64,000 nucleotides of DNA, from assembly GCA_963833225.1 (NCBI GenBank), contig CAWHXD010000019.1, positions 307,534-371,533 on the forward strand. The letters run 5' to 3'. Of the stretch, positions 1-10,411 are shown piece after piece; the first letter of the stretch is position 1; each line of letters opens with the position of its first letter. A program made the translations under genes and the position numbers. The notes under the pieces are model-generated. The model was not told where the DNA came from, searched no databases, and worked only from the letters and a program-made list of their open reading frames with translations. Source of the stretch: an uncultured Chloroflexia bacterium. GTDB lineage: Bacteria; Chloroflexota; Limnocylindria; Limnocylindrales; CSP1-4.

Positions 1-775
1 CGACGAACAGGATGAACGGCACGCCCGGCAGCTGCCGGGGTCCGGGGCCGGCCGTGGCTGACGCTGCCTCGGGGACGATGTCCGCGATCACGGCCACCCG
101 GCCGTCATCGTCCTGGGTGGCGGGGCTCGAAGACGGGGAGCTCGCGTGTCGTGGGCGCGAGCGGAGCACGTCCCGACGCACCGCCGTCGCGACGTACCGG
201 CTCACGACGTGGGCAACCCGGGTGCGCGTCGCGAGCCAGCGGCGCAGGCCGAGTACTCCGAGCACGGACACGATGCCCTTGGCAGGCCCGTAGGTGCGAG
301 AGGCATGGCGCAGGCACTTCCCCAGGGCCGGTCCCTCGCAGATTCGCCCGTCGATCAACAGGCTGCGTGTCGCACAGGCGTAGCCGTAGTCGCGCACGGA
401 GAGGACCATCGGAATCCCGGTCCCGGCCAGGGCCAACGCGGCCGTGTACGCGGACCATCCGTGCACCTGGACGACATCCGGCCGGAACGAGCGGATGAGC
501 CGTCGCAGGCCAATCGCGAGCCATGGATCCGGGAGTGGCGGCAGGTATCGACGCGTCGGCGATCCCGAGAACCAGGGGACCGAGGTGAACACGCCCGGAA
601 TGCGCGTCACGCCGATGTCGCCGTCCTGGTCCGATCTGGGCAGACCCGGCTGGCTCACCGTCGCCACACGCACCGAGGCGCCGCCGGCGGCCAGGGCGTG
701 GGCGAGCGCCCTCACCTGCAGCTCGACACCGCCGACATGCGGCGGGTAGAAATCGGCGAGCAGGAGCACCCGCAC
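1..775 (-). CDS. Glycosyltransferase family 4 (GT-B fold), N-terminal ~258 aa; gene runs off the left edge
   Basis: Absent from the ORF track because there is no stop in the window. Reverse translation from GTG at 775-773 reads VRVLLLADFYPPHVGGVELQVRALAHALAAGGASVRVAT..., a typical GT4 N-terminus. The start lies 4 nt after the stop (779-781) of the upstream gene. Confidence 0.8.
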   Translation of the reverse strand, partial: MRVLLLADFYPPHVGGVELQVRALAHALAAGGASVRVATVSQPGLPRSDQDGDIGVTRIPGVFTSVPWFSGSPTRRYLPPLPDPWLAIGLRRLIRSFRPDVVQVHGWSAYTAALALAGTGIPMVLSVRDYGYACATRSLLIDGRICEGPALGKCLRHASRTYGPAKGIVSVLGVLGLRRWLATRTRVAHVVSRYVATAVRRDVLRSRPRHASSPSSSPATQDDDGRVAVIADIVPEAASATAGPGPRQLPGVPFILFV

Positions 776-778
776 CGT

Positions 779-1528
779 TCAGTCCGCGCCGGCCAGCCGG
801 ACCTCGCGCAGGGGCGTCCCGCGCACGGCGTCCAGGAGCGCGACATCGACCTCGCCGGCGCCGGGGGCGCGCTGCAACGTGGCCGTCCATCGCTGGCCGG
901 GTGCCAGCGTGACCGGTTCATCAAGCACCACGCCACCGTCACCGGTGACGACGACTCGCCAGGATTCGGAGGTGGCCCCGATGTTGGCCGCCCCGACCTG
1001 CGCGTTCGTTCCGTTGGGGACGATCCACAGCTGGGCGCCGTCCGCCAGGGTCTGGACCGCGCCGGCACGGGCGATGACCAGCGCGCCTGTCACCAGCGTG
1101 AGCCCGATCAGCAGCAGCACGGCCTCGTCGTACCCGATCGAGTACCGGTCGATCAGGCCAGCGAGCATGCGGCCGATGGGACGCTCGCGACGTGTCTTCC
1201 AGGTGGCCCCGGCGACCCCCAGGACGGCAACCAGGATGAGGATCGGGCCGAGCCACGCCAGGCCCAGGGGCGTGCGGTCGAGCAGCAGACCGAGGCCGAT
1301 CGCGACGGTGATCCCAAGGCCCGTCGCGAGCACGGCCGACGACGCGAGGCTGAGGCGATCGTCGCCCGTGAGGGCGCGGGTCACGAGGATGCCGGGACCG
1401 ATCACGGCGATGACGAACACCAGCACCGAGGCCATGAGGCCCAGGCCCCCGACGACGGCGATCGTGAGGCCGATCCCGATCAGCTGGGAACCGATGACGA
1501 CGGCCGCCCTCATCCGCCCGTCTCCCAC
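779..1528 (-). CDS. Integral membrane protein with soluble C-terminal domain, unknown function (glycan operon member)
   Basis: ORF track 249 aa. The N-terminal two thirds are strongly hydrophobic (IGIGLTIAVVGGLGLMASVLVFVIAVIG...). Tightly packed between operon neighbours. Confidence 0.7.
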   Translation of the reverse strand: MGDGRMRAAVVIGSQLIGIGLTIAVVGGLGLMASVLVFVIAVIGPGILVTRALTGDDRLSLASSAVLATGLGITVAIGLGLLLDRTPLGLAWLGPILILVAVLGVAGATWKTRRERPIGRMLAGLIDRYSIGYDEAVLLLIGLTLVTGALVIARAGAVQTLADGAQLWIVPNGTNAQVGAANIGATSESWRVVVTGDGGVVLDEPVTLAPGQRWTATLQRAPGAGEVDVALLDAVRGTPLREVRLAGAD

Positions 1529-1564
1529 AACCCGCGCACGTCGTAGATCCGGATCGGACCAGCG

Positions 1565-3712
1565 TCAAGGACCACGCTCACCCCGGGTTGAGCCGCCCAT
1601 TTCGTCAGCCCGTCCAGCCGTCAGGCCCTTGTCCGCGAGGTCGGTCGGTTCGCCCGCCTCGAAGAACGACCTGGTGAACGGATCCACGCCGACCAGTCGG
1701 AGGTCGACGACCAGGTAGTCGATGTGTCCGGCCGCAAGGATGTCCAGCGCCTTGGTGTCCACGACCGGTTCGGTGAACAGGCGCCACGTGGAGAGCCCGT
1801 CCCTGAACACGGTGACGGCGTCCTGCCGGCCATAGCTGCCCATGAGGATCCGGTTGATCCGGTCGGCGACGATCCGGTTGTCGGGGCCGAGGTGGTCGAG
1901 TGCCCACACGGCCGCCAGCTTTCCGTTGGGCTCGATCGACCGTGGGTCCGCGGAGGCAAGATAGGGCCCGGGCTGCCGGGCCCAGGCCGGCGTGCCGATG
2001 ACGACGCTGCCGCCCAGCAGGACCAGGAATGCCAGCACGCCCGCGGCGTTGAGCCATCGCAGCCGCTGGGGAGACAGCGCGGCATGGATGGTCGGGGCGA
2101 CACGGCGGAGCGGTGCCCGCCAGTCGGCGATGACCACGAGACCGGCGAGCAGCCCGACACCGAGGAACACGAACTCCGGGGTGCGGGTGGCTTCCTCGGA
2201 GCCGCGCTGGCTCAGGCGGAGGAGGAGGGTCACCGGATAGGTGGCCGCCACGAGCCCGAGGGTGACCGCCAGCGGCACTCGTCGGAACGCGCGCCACAGG
2301 CGCCACAGCCCGAGTGGCAGCACTGCGAGCACGATCAGGACGCTCGCGTAGGCAAGGAACCGTTCCCAGGGGGCGGCGAGACCACTGGGCGGCCCGGCGA
2401 ACAGCTCCCGCACCTGTGTCTGGCCGGTGAGCAGCCCGATCAGCTCGAGCGCGTCGGCGAAGCGGGGCCCCAGGTACGGGATCGTCTCGCTGGCGACGAA
2501 GATGATCCAGCCGGCGATGAACGCGATCATGGCCACGAACAGCGTTGCCGGCGCACGCCACGAGGACCTGGGCATGCCGCGCATCCTGGTGATCAGGGCC
2601 CAGCCACCCAGGATCCCGGTGAGCACGTAGGCGGTCAGGTGATGGCTGACCACGACCCCGAACCCGACGACAGCCGTGGCGATCAGGCCTCGCCAGCGCG
2701 AGCCATACGAGGATGCGAGCCCGAGCACGAGCACCGTCAGGGCGATCCCCAGCGACTCGTAGCTGAACTGCGCGTTGAAGTAGAGGAACTGCGGGTTCGC
2801 CGCGTACACGAGCACGCCGACGCCGGCGGCCCGGTGGCTGGTCGTGAGCCGCTCGTACAGCAGGAACAGCCCGACCACCACGATCAGGCGGGCCGCGCCG
2901 ACGATCACCAGGCCGGCGTCGTACACGCTGGCCCCGGTGACGCTGGAGACGACGGACGTCAGGATCTCCAGGCCGGGGTACAGCGGGCTTGCGGGCAGGA
3001 GGGAGTTGTCCCCGAACAGGCGTCCCGTGCGCAGGATGTCCTCCGCCGTCCGCAGGTGCAGGAGCTCGTCGTAGAAGGTGAACTGCAACGGGTCGTGGAT
3101 CACCTTCACGAGGTAGAACGCGATTCCCAGGATCGACACCAGCCACAGGCGCTCGCGGCGCGACGTGCCCTCGCCCAGGAGCCGGACGGCGATCGGTGCC
3201 CCGATCACCGCGAGGCCTGCCCAGAAGAGCGGCACGGCGAGGGCCCCTGACGATCGGGCCATCCCGTCTCCGAGCGCGACGAGCAGCAGCCCCAGGCCCA
3301 CGAGCACCAGCACCTCGGGCGTTCTTCCGAGGGTGGGCTTCGCGATGTCGCGCCCGGTGGTCCCGGCGGTGTCGGCATCGGACTCGTACGGAGGGATGGC
3401 CACGCGATCGATGTCGTCGGAACGCCGGGTGGCGGAGGCGGCGGCGATGTCTGTGGCGGGCCCGATCCCCGGCGGCGTTGCGCCCTCGGCCCCGGTGGTC
3501 CGCGCGCGTCGCTGGCGGGGGGGCTTCGGCGTGGACGCCTCGGCGACCTCGGGGTCCGCATCTCGCCCGGCAGCGCTCGAGATCGGGCCGGGCAGCTGGC
3601 CGGCCTCAACCTGTGGGTCGCCGGACCCCTTCGCCCGGACGCGTCGCCGGGGTCTGGGGGCGGGATCGCCGGGCACGTCGGCAGGCTCGGGACCCTGGGT
3701 CGGATCGGTCAT
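1565..3712 (-). CDS. Large polytopic membrane protein with disordered Pro/Arg-rich N-terminus; possible GT-C-type glycosyltransferase or polymerase
   Basis: ORF track 715 aa. About 150 aa of low complexity, then at least 10 hydrophobic segments, then a ~170 aa soluble tail. The start overlaps the stop of the upstream GT4 gene (tcat at 3709-3712). Confidence 0.65.
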   Translation of the reverse strand: MTDPTQGPEPADVPGDPAPRPRRRVRAKGSGDPQVEAGQLPGPISSAAGRDADPEVAEASTPKPPRQRRARTTGAEGATPPGIGPATDIAAASATRRSDDIDRVAIPPYESDADTAGTTGRDIAKPTLGRTPEVLVLVGLGLLLVALGDGMARSSGALAVPLFWAGLAVIGAPIAVRLLGEGTSRRERLWLVSILGIAFYLVKVIHDPLQFTFYDELLHLRTAEDILRTGRLFGDNSLLPASPLYPGLEILTSVVSSVTGASVYDAGLVIVGAARLIVVVGLFLLYERLTTSHRAAGVGVLVYAANPQFLYFNAQFSYESLGIALTVLVLGLASSYGSRWRGLIATAVVGFGVVVSHHLTAYVLTGILGGWALITRMRGMPRSSWRAPATLFVAMIAFIAGWIIFVASETIPYLGPRFADALELIGLLTGQTQVRELFAGPPSGLAAPWERFLAYASVLIVLAVLPLGLWRLWRAFRRVPLAVTLGLVAATYPVTLLLRLSQRGSEEATRTPEFVFLGVGLLAGLVVIADWRAPLRRVAPTIHAALSPQRLRWLNAAGVLAFLVLLGGSVVIGTPAWARQPGPYLASADPRSIEPNGKLAAVWALDHLGPDNRIVADRINRILMGSYGRQDAVTVFRDGLSTWRLFTEPVVDTKALDILAAGHIDYLVVDLRLVGVDPFTRSFFEAGEPTDLADKGLTAGRADEMGGSTRGERGP

Positions 3713-4878
3713 GCCGGCTCGTCATCGCGCGCGGTCGCCGGTACCATGCGGCCGCGCTTCGCCAGCACGGCCCGGTACACGTCCAGCGTCGCACTCACCA
3801 CCTCGCCCCAGCCGCGCAACCGAGGCGGCGCGAGCCGGTCCCGGCGGCGGCCGGATGCCAGGATGGCCGCGGCGATCTCGCCGGGGGCAGCGTCGACGCT
3901 CACGAGGCGCAGCCAGTCCGCAGGCAGCTCGTGCGCCTGCTCCCTGTGGGCGGGGATGTCGCTCGCCACGACGGCAGCACCCGCTGACACCGCTTCCAGC
4001 ACCGTCAGCCCGAACGCCTCCTCCCTGGACAGCGTGACGAACGCGTCGGCTCCACGGTACCAGTGCCGGAGCTCGTCGTCGGTGATCCGACCCAGGATGC
4101 GGACGCGCTGCTCGACGCCAGCGGCCACTGCCGCGGCGCGGAGCGCGTCCTCGGCCGGCCCTGACCCGAACACGATCAGCTCGTGATCGGGCAGGTGAGC
4201 CATGGTCTCGACCACCCGGTCAACCTGCTTGTAGGTCTCGAGACGCCCACCGGCCAGCACGACTGGTCGCCCGTCGCGCGGGACATCGGCGGTCCGTGCC
4301 GGGACCGACGACGCGTCGGCTGGCGGCGAGGCATCCACGCCGTGGGGAATCACCGTGATCGGCAGCTCGGACCCGAAGTGTGCCCGGAGGAGGTCCGCTT
4401 CGGCATGCGAACAGGCGATCACGGCGTCCGCGTTGCGGACCATCCACGCACCGGCGAACCGGTACGGCCGGTGCAGCAGCGACCGCGCCGGCGTGTGTCC
4501 GGTGCCGTGGTAGTGGGGCGTCAGGACCAGGGGTCGGCCGCCGAGTCGTGCCACCGCTGCAGCCATCAGCGCCAGGGGCGTGTGGTAGGAGTGCGCGTGG
4601 AACAGGTCTGCCTCGCGGGCGTGCTGCACCAGCCAGGCACCGAGGCCCGGCGACAGGAAGAACACGTCATCGTGGACCAGGGTGCCGAAGCGGTGGACCG
4701 TGACCCCGTCGTGGACGGCAACGGGCGGAAGCGTCGCCGTCGGGTCGGTGGTGGCGATCTCGAGCTGCACTCCCCGTGATCGGAGGCCGCGTGCGAGCGC
4801 CGCCACGTGCCGCTCGACGCCACCGAGGGCCGGTGCGTAGCGGGGCGTGACCATGAGGATCCGGGCGGGCCTGGTCAC
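3709..4878 (-). CDS. Glycosyltransferase family 4
   Basis: ORF track 389 aa. N-terminus ILMVTPRYAPALGGVERHVAALARGL and C-terminal EEAFGLTVLEAVSAGAAVVASD (EX7E-like region) are typical of GT4 enzymes. 4-nt overlaps with both neighbours. Confidence 0.85.
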   Translation of the reverse strand: MTRPARILMVTPRYAPALGGVERHVAALARGLRSRGVQLEIATTDPTATLPPVAVHDGVTVHRFGTLVHDDVFFLSPGLGAWLVQHAREADLFHAHSYHTPLALMAAAVARLGGRPLVLTPHYHGTGHTPARSLLHRPYRFAGAWMVRNADAVIACSHAEADLLRAHFGSELPITVIPHGVDASPPADASSVPARTADVPRDGRPVVLAGGRLETYKQVDRVVETMAHLPDHELIVFGSGPAEDALRAAAVAAGVEQRVRILGRITDDELRHWYRGADAFVTLSREEAFGLTVLEAVSAGAAVVASDIPAHREQAHELPADWLRLVSVDAAPGEIAAAILASGRRRDRLAPPRLRGWGEVVSATLDVYRAVLAKRGRMVPATARDDEPA

Positions 4879-6143
4879 GTGACCGGCCCTCCGCGTCCCG
4901 CGTCCCCGGGGTCGGCTGTCCGACCGCGGTCCAGCCGGTCGAACAGGGCGTCATAGGCGTCGACCGTCTGGGACCACGAGTGGGGGTGGGGATACCGTTC
5001 ATCGCCACGCGTCGCCAGGTCGAGGATCGCCGCCCGCAGCGCGGGGACGTCGTCTGGCGGAACCACGATCAGGCCGCCGTAGCCTGCCGCCCCCTCGGGG
5101 TTGCCACCGACGCTGGTGATGACGACCGGGAGACCGTACCCCATCGCCACGTGGAGCGGACCGCTGAGCGATGAGCGCTTGTACGGCAGCACGACGGCAT
5201 CCGCTCCGCGCAGGTAGCCATCAAGCTCGTCGTCGTGGACGTACCGGTTGACGAAGGTGATCCGATCGCGATGGCGGCTGCGGGCGATCAGGTCGGACGG
5301 GAGCGTCCAGCCCTCCCAGGTCTCACCGACGACCGTCAGCCAGTAGCGGGAAGCCTCGTCGGGCTCGAGCGAGTCGAACGCCGCGACAAGGTCCTCGAGC
5401 CCCTTGTAGGGACGGATGATCCCGAAGAACAGCAGGTTCGTCGTGCCCTGGGGTGCCTCCCGAAGGGGTGGCGCCGAGGGCGTCGTCGCTCCCCGGGCGG
5501 CGTGATCGTAGGGCCCGTGGGGGAGGACGGCGATCGGCCGGTGGCGCCCGATGCGGTAGGTCGAGCGAACCAGGTCGCGGTCGTGGGTGGAGTGGACCGC
5601 AAACGCCGAGGCGATCCCCAGGACCAGGGGGGCGATCGCGCGCACGTAGGTCTGGGCGAGGCCGATGCGCGCTTCACCCGTGTCGAGCACCTCGTGGAAC
5701 TCGATCACGACCTGTTTCCTTGCCAGGCGGGCGGCGAGCGCCAGCGCCAGGTAGGTGTGCAGCACCGTCCCGGTCCACCACTGGAGCACCACGACGTCGG
5801 GTTGCCGGCGTGCCAGGAACCAGAGGGCGCGCAGGAGGCTCGGCATCCAGTACCAGTTGACGCCGTCGAACTGATCCACCTGGGGCGAGACGCGCACGCC
5901 CGCCAGCGGCTGGCCCACCCGATCTCGTCCCGGATACAGACGCCGTGGCAACAGGTCGCGCATGGTCACGATGCTGACCACGTGACGCTCGGCGAGGGCA
6001 TTGGCAAGGTGGATCGTGTAGACGCTGATCCCACTGAGGTATCGCGTCCCGGACCCGACCACGCACACGCGCACGGGTGCCGGCTCGCGTGTGCCGCTGT
6101 CGGACGCGGTCATGTCCGGCGCGCGGCTGGTTGACGGATTCAA
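4875..6143 (-). CDS. Glycosyltransferase (GT4/GT1-like), first gene of the operon
   Basis: ORF track 422 aa. Contains VRVCVVGSGTRYLSGISVYTIHLANALA and a C-terminal GT-B half (LPYKRSSLSGPLHVAMGYGLPVVITSVGG). The true start may be the internal Met at about 6113. Confidence 0.75.
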   Translation of the reverse strand: MNPSTSRAPDMTASDSGTREPAPVRVCVVGSGTRYLSGISVYTIHLANALAERHVVSIVTMRDLLPRRLYPGRDRVGQPLAGVRVSPQVDQFDGVNWYWMPSLLRALWFLARRQPDVVVLQWWTGTVLHTYLALALAARLARKQVVIEFHEVLDTGEARIGLAQTYVRAIAPLVLGIASAFAVHSTHDRDLVRSTYRIGRHRPIAVLPHGPYDHAARGATTPSAPPLREAPQGTTNLLFFGIIRPYKGLEDLVAAFDSLEPDEASRYWLTVVGETWEGWTLPSDLIARSRHRDRITFVNRYVHDDELDGYLRGADAVVLPYKRSSLSGPLHVAMGYGLPVVITSVGGNPEGAAGYGGLIVVPPDDVPALRAAILDLATRGDERYPHPHSWSQTVDAYDALFDRLDRGRTADPGDAGRGGPVT

Positions 6144-6570
6144 CGGCGTTTCACTGGCGCGTTCTCGCTCCCATCAGGTGCCGATAAGCGGGCGCTAAGC
6201 CGCAGGCAGGCGGCACCACGCATCATCGGGCATCTCGTCGGCGATCGCACTCTCATGGGCCCAAGTGGTGACCGCGGACACCGCCGTTCTTCGAGCGTCC
6301 GACACGGCCCCGGCAATTCGAGCACGGACCGCGTTTTCCGTACGGGGGACGACCGGACTATCTCGTTACACCGCTGGTTCGTGCTCCAGGCGCAGGCTCG
6401 CTATACGAGCAGTTCCGCCCCTCACACGAGTTCGTGAGTCCCAAGTCGCCCCGCGCCAGACGCGGGCGGTCCGAGGGCCGGACGGCACACGCAACTGGAG
6501 CAACCCGGTGACCTTCACACGACGACGCACAGGTCGGCAGCCCGACCGACGAAACGGACGAACTGGCGCA

Positions 6571-8676
6571 ATGCAGCGTCGATCAGCGTGGAGCCTGCTG
6601 GTGCTCTCGCTGCTCGTCATGGCGCTCGTGGTGCCGGCAGCCGCCCTGGCGAAGTCGACACCGACGCGTAGCCGGGTCCCGGACGCCCAGCCGGCGAGGA
6701 CGCCGCAGCTTGCGGTCAAGCCCGGGACGGCCGAGACCGGAAGCTCAGTCACGGTCGCGGGATCGCAATTCCCGTTTGCCCAGGCAGGGCTGCTCGTGGT
6801 TGATGGGCGTCGGGGCCAGGCGGTGGCCTACAAGGTCAATCGCCGGGGAGCGTTCCGGGTCAAGCTCACTATCCCCGGGTCTGCGGGCCCGGGCAAGGTG
6901 GAGGTGGTGGCCGTTGTGACCGTCGACGGCGTCGACGCTGATATCGCGGTCGTGTCCTTGATGGTCACGCCCGGCCCGACGCCCTCACCCACGCCACGGC
7001 CGACGCCCTCACCCACGCCACGGCCAACGGCCACGCCCACGCCACGGCCAACAGCCACGCCTTCCCCGCTGCCGACGCCCCCGACCCCCCCGCCGCCGAC
7101 GCCCTCGGCAACCCCCACGCCGACGCCTGCGCCAACGGCCACACCCACCCCCTCGCCCACGGCGACACCCACGGCGACACCCACGCCCACGCCCACGGCG
7201 ACGCCTTCCCCGCTGCCGACGCCCCCGACGCCGTCCGCGACGCCGTCGCCATCCCTCGCGCCGTCGCCCACGCCCTCGCCGACGGCGTCACCCTCCCCCA
7301 CGCCCTCCCCCACGCCATCGCCGAGCGAAGACCCGACACCCTCGCCCAGCGCGACGCCCGTCTCGGGGGCCTACTACGTGACGACCAGCGGATCCGACTC
7401 GGCGAGCGGATCGGCTGCGGCTCCGTGGCGAACACTCCAGAAGGCCGCCGACAGCGTGCCCGCGGGCGGCACGGTGTACGTTCGCGCGGGGACCTACACG
7501 GGGTTCAGCACGTCGCGGTCTGGTGCATCGAGCAGCTCTCCGACCCGCTTCCTCGCCTACCCGGGCGACGCCCGTCCCGTGATCGCGGGTAACGGCCGTC
7601 TCGACGTGGTCAAGTTCAACGCCAACCACGACCTGGTGATCCAGGGCTTCGTGATCCAGGGGGCGGCCGGTGGCACGGGCTCGGGCGCCGGGATCCGGAC
7701 CGAGAACGGCGCCAGCCGGATCACGATCCGCGACAACGTCATCCAGGACAACCGCTCCTACGGTGTGAACCTGTGCAGCTCCTCGAGCATCACGGTCGAG
7801 GACAACGAGATCACCCGCAACGAGGAGGGCGTCCAGGTGTCCCGTGGCGGAGCGGGCATCGTGATCACGAACAACCGGATCCACCACCAGGACAAGCTGG
7901 TCGTCAACACCGCATCGCCCACGGGCGATGACCACGGTGCCGTCGGGATCTCCCTGGTGCGGACGACCGGAGCGGTGAGCGTCACCAACAACCTGCTGTG
8001 GGGCAACCGCGCGGCCAGCTACGACTACGGCTGGGACGGCGGGGCGTTCGAGATCTACAGCGCCAGCTACGTGACGATCGCCTACAACACGACGTGGGAC
8101 AACGAGAACGTCATCGAGACCGGCGGCGACGGCACGATGGGCTGCACCGCCAACTCCTTCCACCACAACACGAGCTATGGGGCGGTGACGCAGGGTCGGT
8201 CATTCGGCATGTTCCTGCGCTGCGGAGCCGACATGGTGATCGCCCACAACGTGCTCTACAACCTCGATGGCTTTGCGTTCAGCGTCGACGCATCCGGGTC
8301 GGGCTACGGTGACTCGATCGCCGGGCTGCGCATCCAGGACAACGTCGCCGTGATGGCCACCGGCAAGGTCATCGGCATCGAGAGCTCCCTGCCGGCCTCC
8401 GTCATCATCGACAACAACCTGTTCTGGAACAGCTCTGGCGGCTACATCGCGAGCGTGACCGGCAAGGGCTCGACATCCAGCCTGGCGACCTTCACCTCGT
8501 GGACAGGTCGCATGGGGTCCGGGATCAGCTCGGATCCGAAGTTCATGAGCGGCTCCGGTGGCGACTTCCGCCTGCGGGCCACGTCGCCGGCGATCGACAC
8601 GGGAGTCATGGTCCTGCCCGGCACGCCATACTCCGGCGCCGCGCCGGACATGGGACGGTACGAGACCACACCCTGA
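6571..8676 (+). CDS. Secreted protein: signal peptide, Ig-like domain, ~125 aa Pro/Thr/Ser linker and right-handed parallel beta-helix domain (pectate-lyase/NosD-like)
   Basis: In frame with ORF 6265..8676. Met at 6571 gives [27 protein letters not shown] (signal peptide). After the linker comes [42 protein letters not shown], followed by repeated N-x-I/V beta-helix rungs ([32 protein letters not shown]). Confidence 0.8.
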   Translation: MQRRSAWSLLVLSLLVMALVVPAAALAKSTPTRSRVPDAQPARTPQLAVKPGTAETGSSVTVAGSQFPFAQAGLLVVDGRRGQAVAYKVNRRGAFRVKLTIPGSAGPGKVEVVAVVTVDGVDADIAVVSLMVTPGPTPSPTPRPTPSPTPRPTATPTPRPTATPSPLPTPPTPPPPTPSATPTPTPAPTATPTPSPTATPTATPTPTPTATPSPLPTPPTPSATPSPSLAPSPTPSPTASPSPTPSPTPSPSEDPTPSPSATPVSGAYYVTTSGSDSASGSAAAPWRTLQKAADSVPAGGTVYVRAGTYTGFSTSRSGASSSSPTRFLAYPGDARPVIAGNGRLDVVKFNANHDLVIQGFVIQGAAGGTGSGAGIRTENGASRITIRDNVIQDNRSYGVNLCSSSSITVEDNEITRNEEGVQVSRGGAGIVITNNRIHHQDKLVVNTASPTGDDHGAVGISLVRTTGAVSVTNNLLWGNRAASYDYGWDGGAFEIYSASYVTIAYNTTWDNENVIETGGDGTMGCTANSFHHNTSYGAVTQGRSFGMFLRCGADMVIAHNVLYNLDGFAFSVDASGSGYGDSIAGLRIQDNVAVMATGKVIGIESSLPASVIIDNNLFWNSSGGYIASVTGKGSTSSLATFTSWTGRMGSGISSDPKFMSGSGGDFRLRATSPAIDTGVMVLPGTPYSGAAPDMGRYETTP
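6965..7345 (+). repeat. Coding low-complexity Pro/Thr/Ser/Ala repeat (degenerate short-period DNA repeats)
   Basis: Translation reads [44 protein letters not shown]...[22 protein letters not shown]. The block [12 protein letters not shown] occurs twice. Confidence 0.9.
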
Positions 8677-8700
8677 TCGGAGGGCCGCTGGCCCGCCCTG

Positions 8701-9429
8701 CTAGGAAACGGTATCGCCCGGTCGCCAGTCGATCACGTCCGCGGTCCCACCGCGGGCGGTGATCGCGTCCCGGAGCTGTGCCGGCGTTCCGGCGAGGATC
8801 GGGAACGTGCCCCAGTGGATCGGGAGCACGTGGCGCACGCCCAGCAGCTCCGTTGCCAGCGCCGCGCCTTCCGGGTCCATCGTGAAGTGCCCGCCGATCG
8901 GCAGCATCGCGAGATCCGGGCGGAACAGGTCGCGGATGAGCGTCATGTCGCCGAACACGGCGGTGTCGCCCGCGTGATAGATCCGGAACCCGTTCTCCAG
9001 CTCCACGACGAACCCGGCCGGCTCGCCCAGGTACAGCGTCGTTTCCCCGCCGGGGTTCCAGTCGCCCGCAGAGTGATCCGCGCCGGTCATCGAGACCCGC
9101 AGCCCCGCGGCCTCCAGGGTGCCGCCCTTGTTCATCCCGGTGACCTGGTCGGATCCGCCCGGGAGCCGCCGCGAGAGCCACAGGCTCATCTCGTGGATGC
9201 ACGGCCAGGCGGGACGCAGCCGGGCGGCGAGGGCGATCGCGTCACCCATGTGATCGCCGTGCCCGTGGGTGACGAGGAGCAGGTCGCACCGGTCGACGGT
9301 GTCGGCCGATCGCGGGCTCATGGGGTTGCCCAGCCATGGATCGAACAGGATGACCTTGCCCCCCGGCGTCCGGACCTCGACGGCCGCATGGCCCAGCCAG
9401 GTGAACGAGGTGTCTCGACCGATCGCCAT
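8701..9429 (-). CDS. Metallo-beta-lactamase-fold metal-dependent hydrolase (UPF0173-like)
   Basis: ORF track 242 aa. Contains FTWLGHAAVEV, LLLVTHGHGDHMGD (HxHxDH motif) and HWGTFP near the C-terminus. Confidence 0.8.
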   Translation of the reverse strand: MAIGRDTSFTWLGHAAVEVRTPGGKVILFDPWLGNPMSPRSADTVDRCDLLLVTHGHGDHMGDAIALAARLRPAWPCIHEMSLWLSRRLPGGSDQVTGMNKGGTLEAAGLRVSMTGADHSAGDWNPGGETTLYLGEPAGFVVELENGFRIYHAGDTAVFGDMTLIRDLFRPDLAMLPIGGHFTMDPEGAALATELLGVRHVLPIHWGTFPILAGTPAQLRDAITARGGTADVIDWRPGDTVS

Positions 9430-9488
9430 CGAAGGATCCTCCTGCCGGCCCGCGCGCTCGCTGGAAGGGCGGGTGCTGTCCGATCAGT

Positions 9489-10391
9489 ATGGCCCCGCAC
9501 CAGGTTCCACGACGAGGTGCGGATACACTCGCGCTCGTGGCCGCCGAGCAGATCGCCCAGAACCTCGCGCTGATCAACTGGACGGTTGTGGCCGTGCTCG
9601 CCGTCGGCTCCTTCGCCGTGGTCGTGTTCGGCCGGCTCCGGACCGAGGCCACGAAGGGGTACCTGGCGTTCACCGCCCTGTGCGCCGCGGCGTTCGGCGT
9701 GCTGGCCTATCTCTCGGACACGGCGCTGCCGGTGCCGCCGGCGGCGCTCATGGGCACGGTCGGTTCGCCGATCGTGACCGACCCGGCGTTCGAGGTGCCG
9801 AGGCGGGCCGCGCTGCTCGCCTTCACCGCGCTCACGATCGTCACGATGGTCGTGATCGCCCGGGGGGGCCGGGCGGTGTGGCCGGGTCTCGCGGGGCTGG
9901 GCGCGGGGCTCGTGGCGCTGGGCCTGGGTGGCCTCTCCTGGGGAGGGTCCGCAGCCGGTGCGCTGCTGCTGCTCGTCCAGCTCGTGGCCCTCGCCCTGGC
10001 GACCGGCGGGGTGTTCGCCGCCATGATCCTCGGACACTGGTACCTGGTGACGCCCAAGCTGCCCGAGCGACCCCTGGTGCTCGTCTCCCGCCGCCTGATG
10101 TGGGTGGTCGCGATCCAGGTGCTCCTGTTCGCGATCTGGGTGGGCGTTGGGGTGGGGCCGGGATCGCCTGGCCCGCTCGCGGCGCTCGTGGGGCCGTACG
10201 CGCTGTTCGTGTGGCTGCGCCTGCTCGTGGGGCTCGTCTTCCCGCTGGTGGTCTCGTGGGCGGCCGTCCAGACGGCCAGGTCGCGGTCCATGGAGAGCGC
10301 CACCGGGCTTCTCTACATCAACGTCGGTACGATCGCGGCCGGCACCATCCTCGCGGCCGGGCTCTACTTCGGCGCCGGGCTGCTGGTCTAG
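9489..10391 (+). CDS. Polytopic membrane protein, unknown function
   Basis: ORF track 300 aa with about 8 hydrophobic helices. 20 nt upstream of the MoaD-MoaE gene. The start is uncertain. Confidence 0.6.
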   Translation: MAPHQVPRRGADTLALVAAEQIAQNLALINWTVVAVLAVGSFAVVVFGRLRTEATKGYLAFTALCAAAFGVLAYLSDTALPVPPAALMGTVGSPIVTDPAFEVPRRAALLAFTALTIVTMVVIARGGRAVWPGLAGLGAGLVALGLGGLSWGGSAAGALLLLVQLVALALATGGVFAAMILGHWYLVTPKLPERPLVLVSRRLMWVVAIQVLLFAIWVGVGVGPGSPGPLAALVGPYALFVWLRLLVGLVFPLVVSWAAVQTARSRSMESATGLLYINVGTIAAGTILAAGLYFGAGLLV

Positions 10392-10411
10392 CGAGGTACC
10401 ACGGAGGTCTC

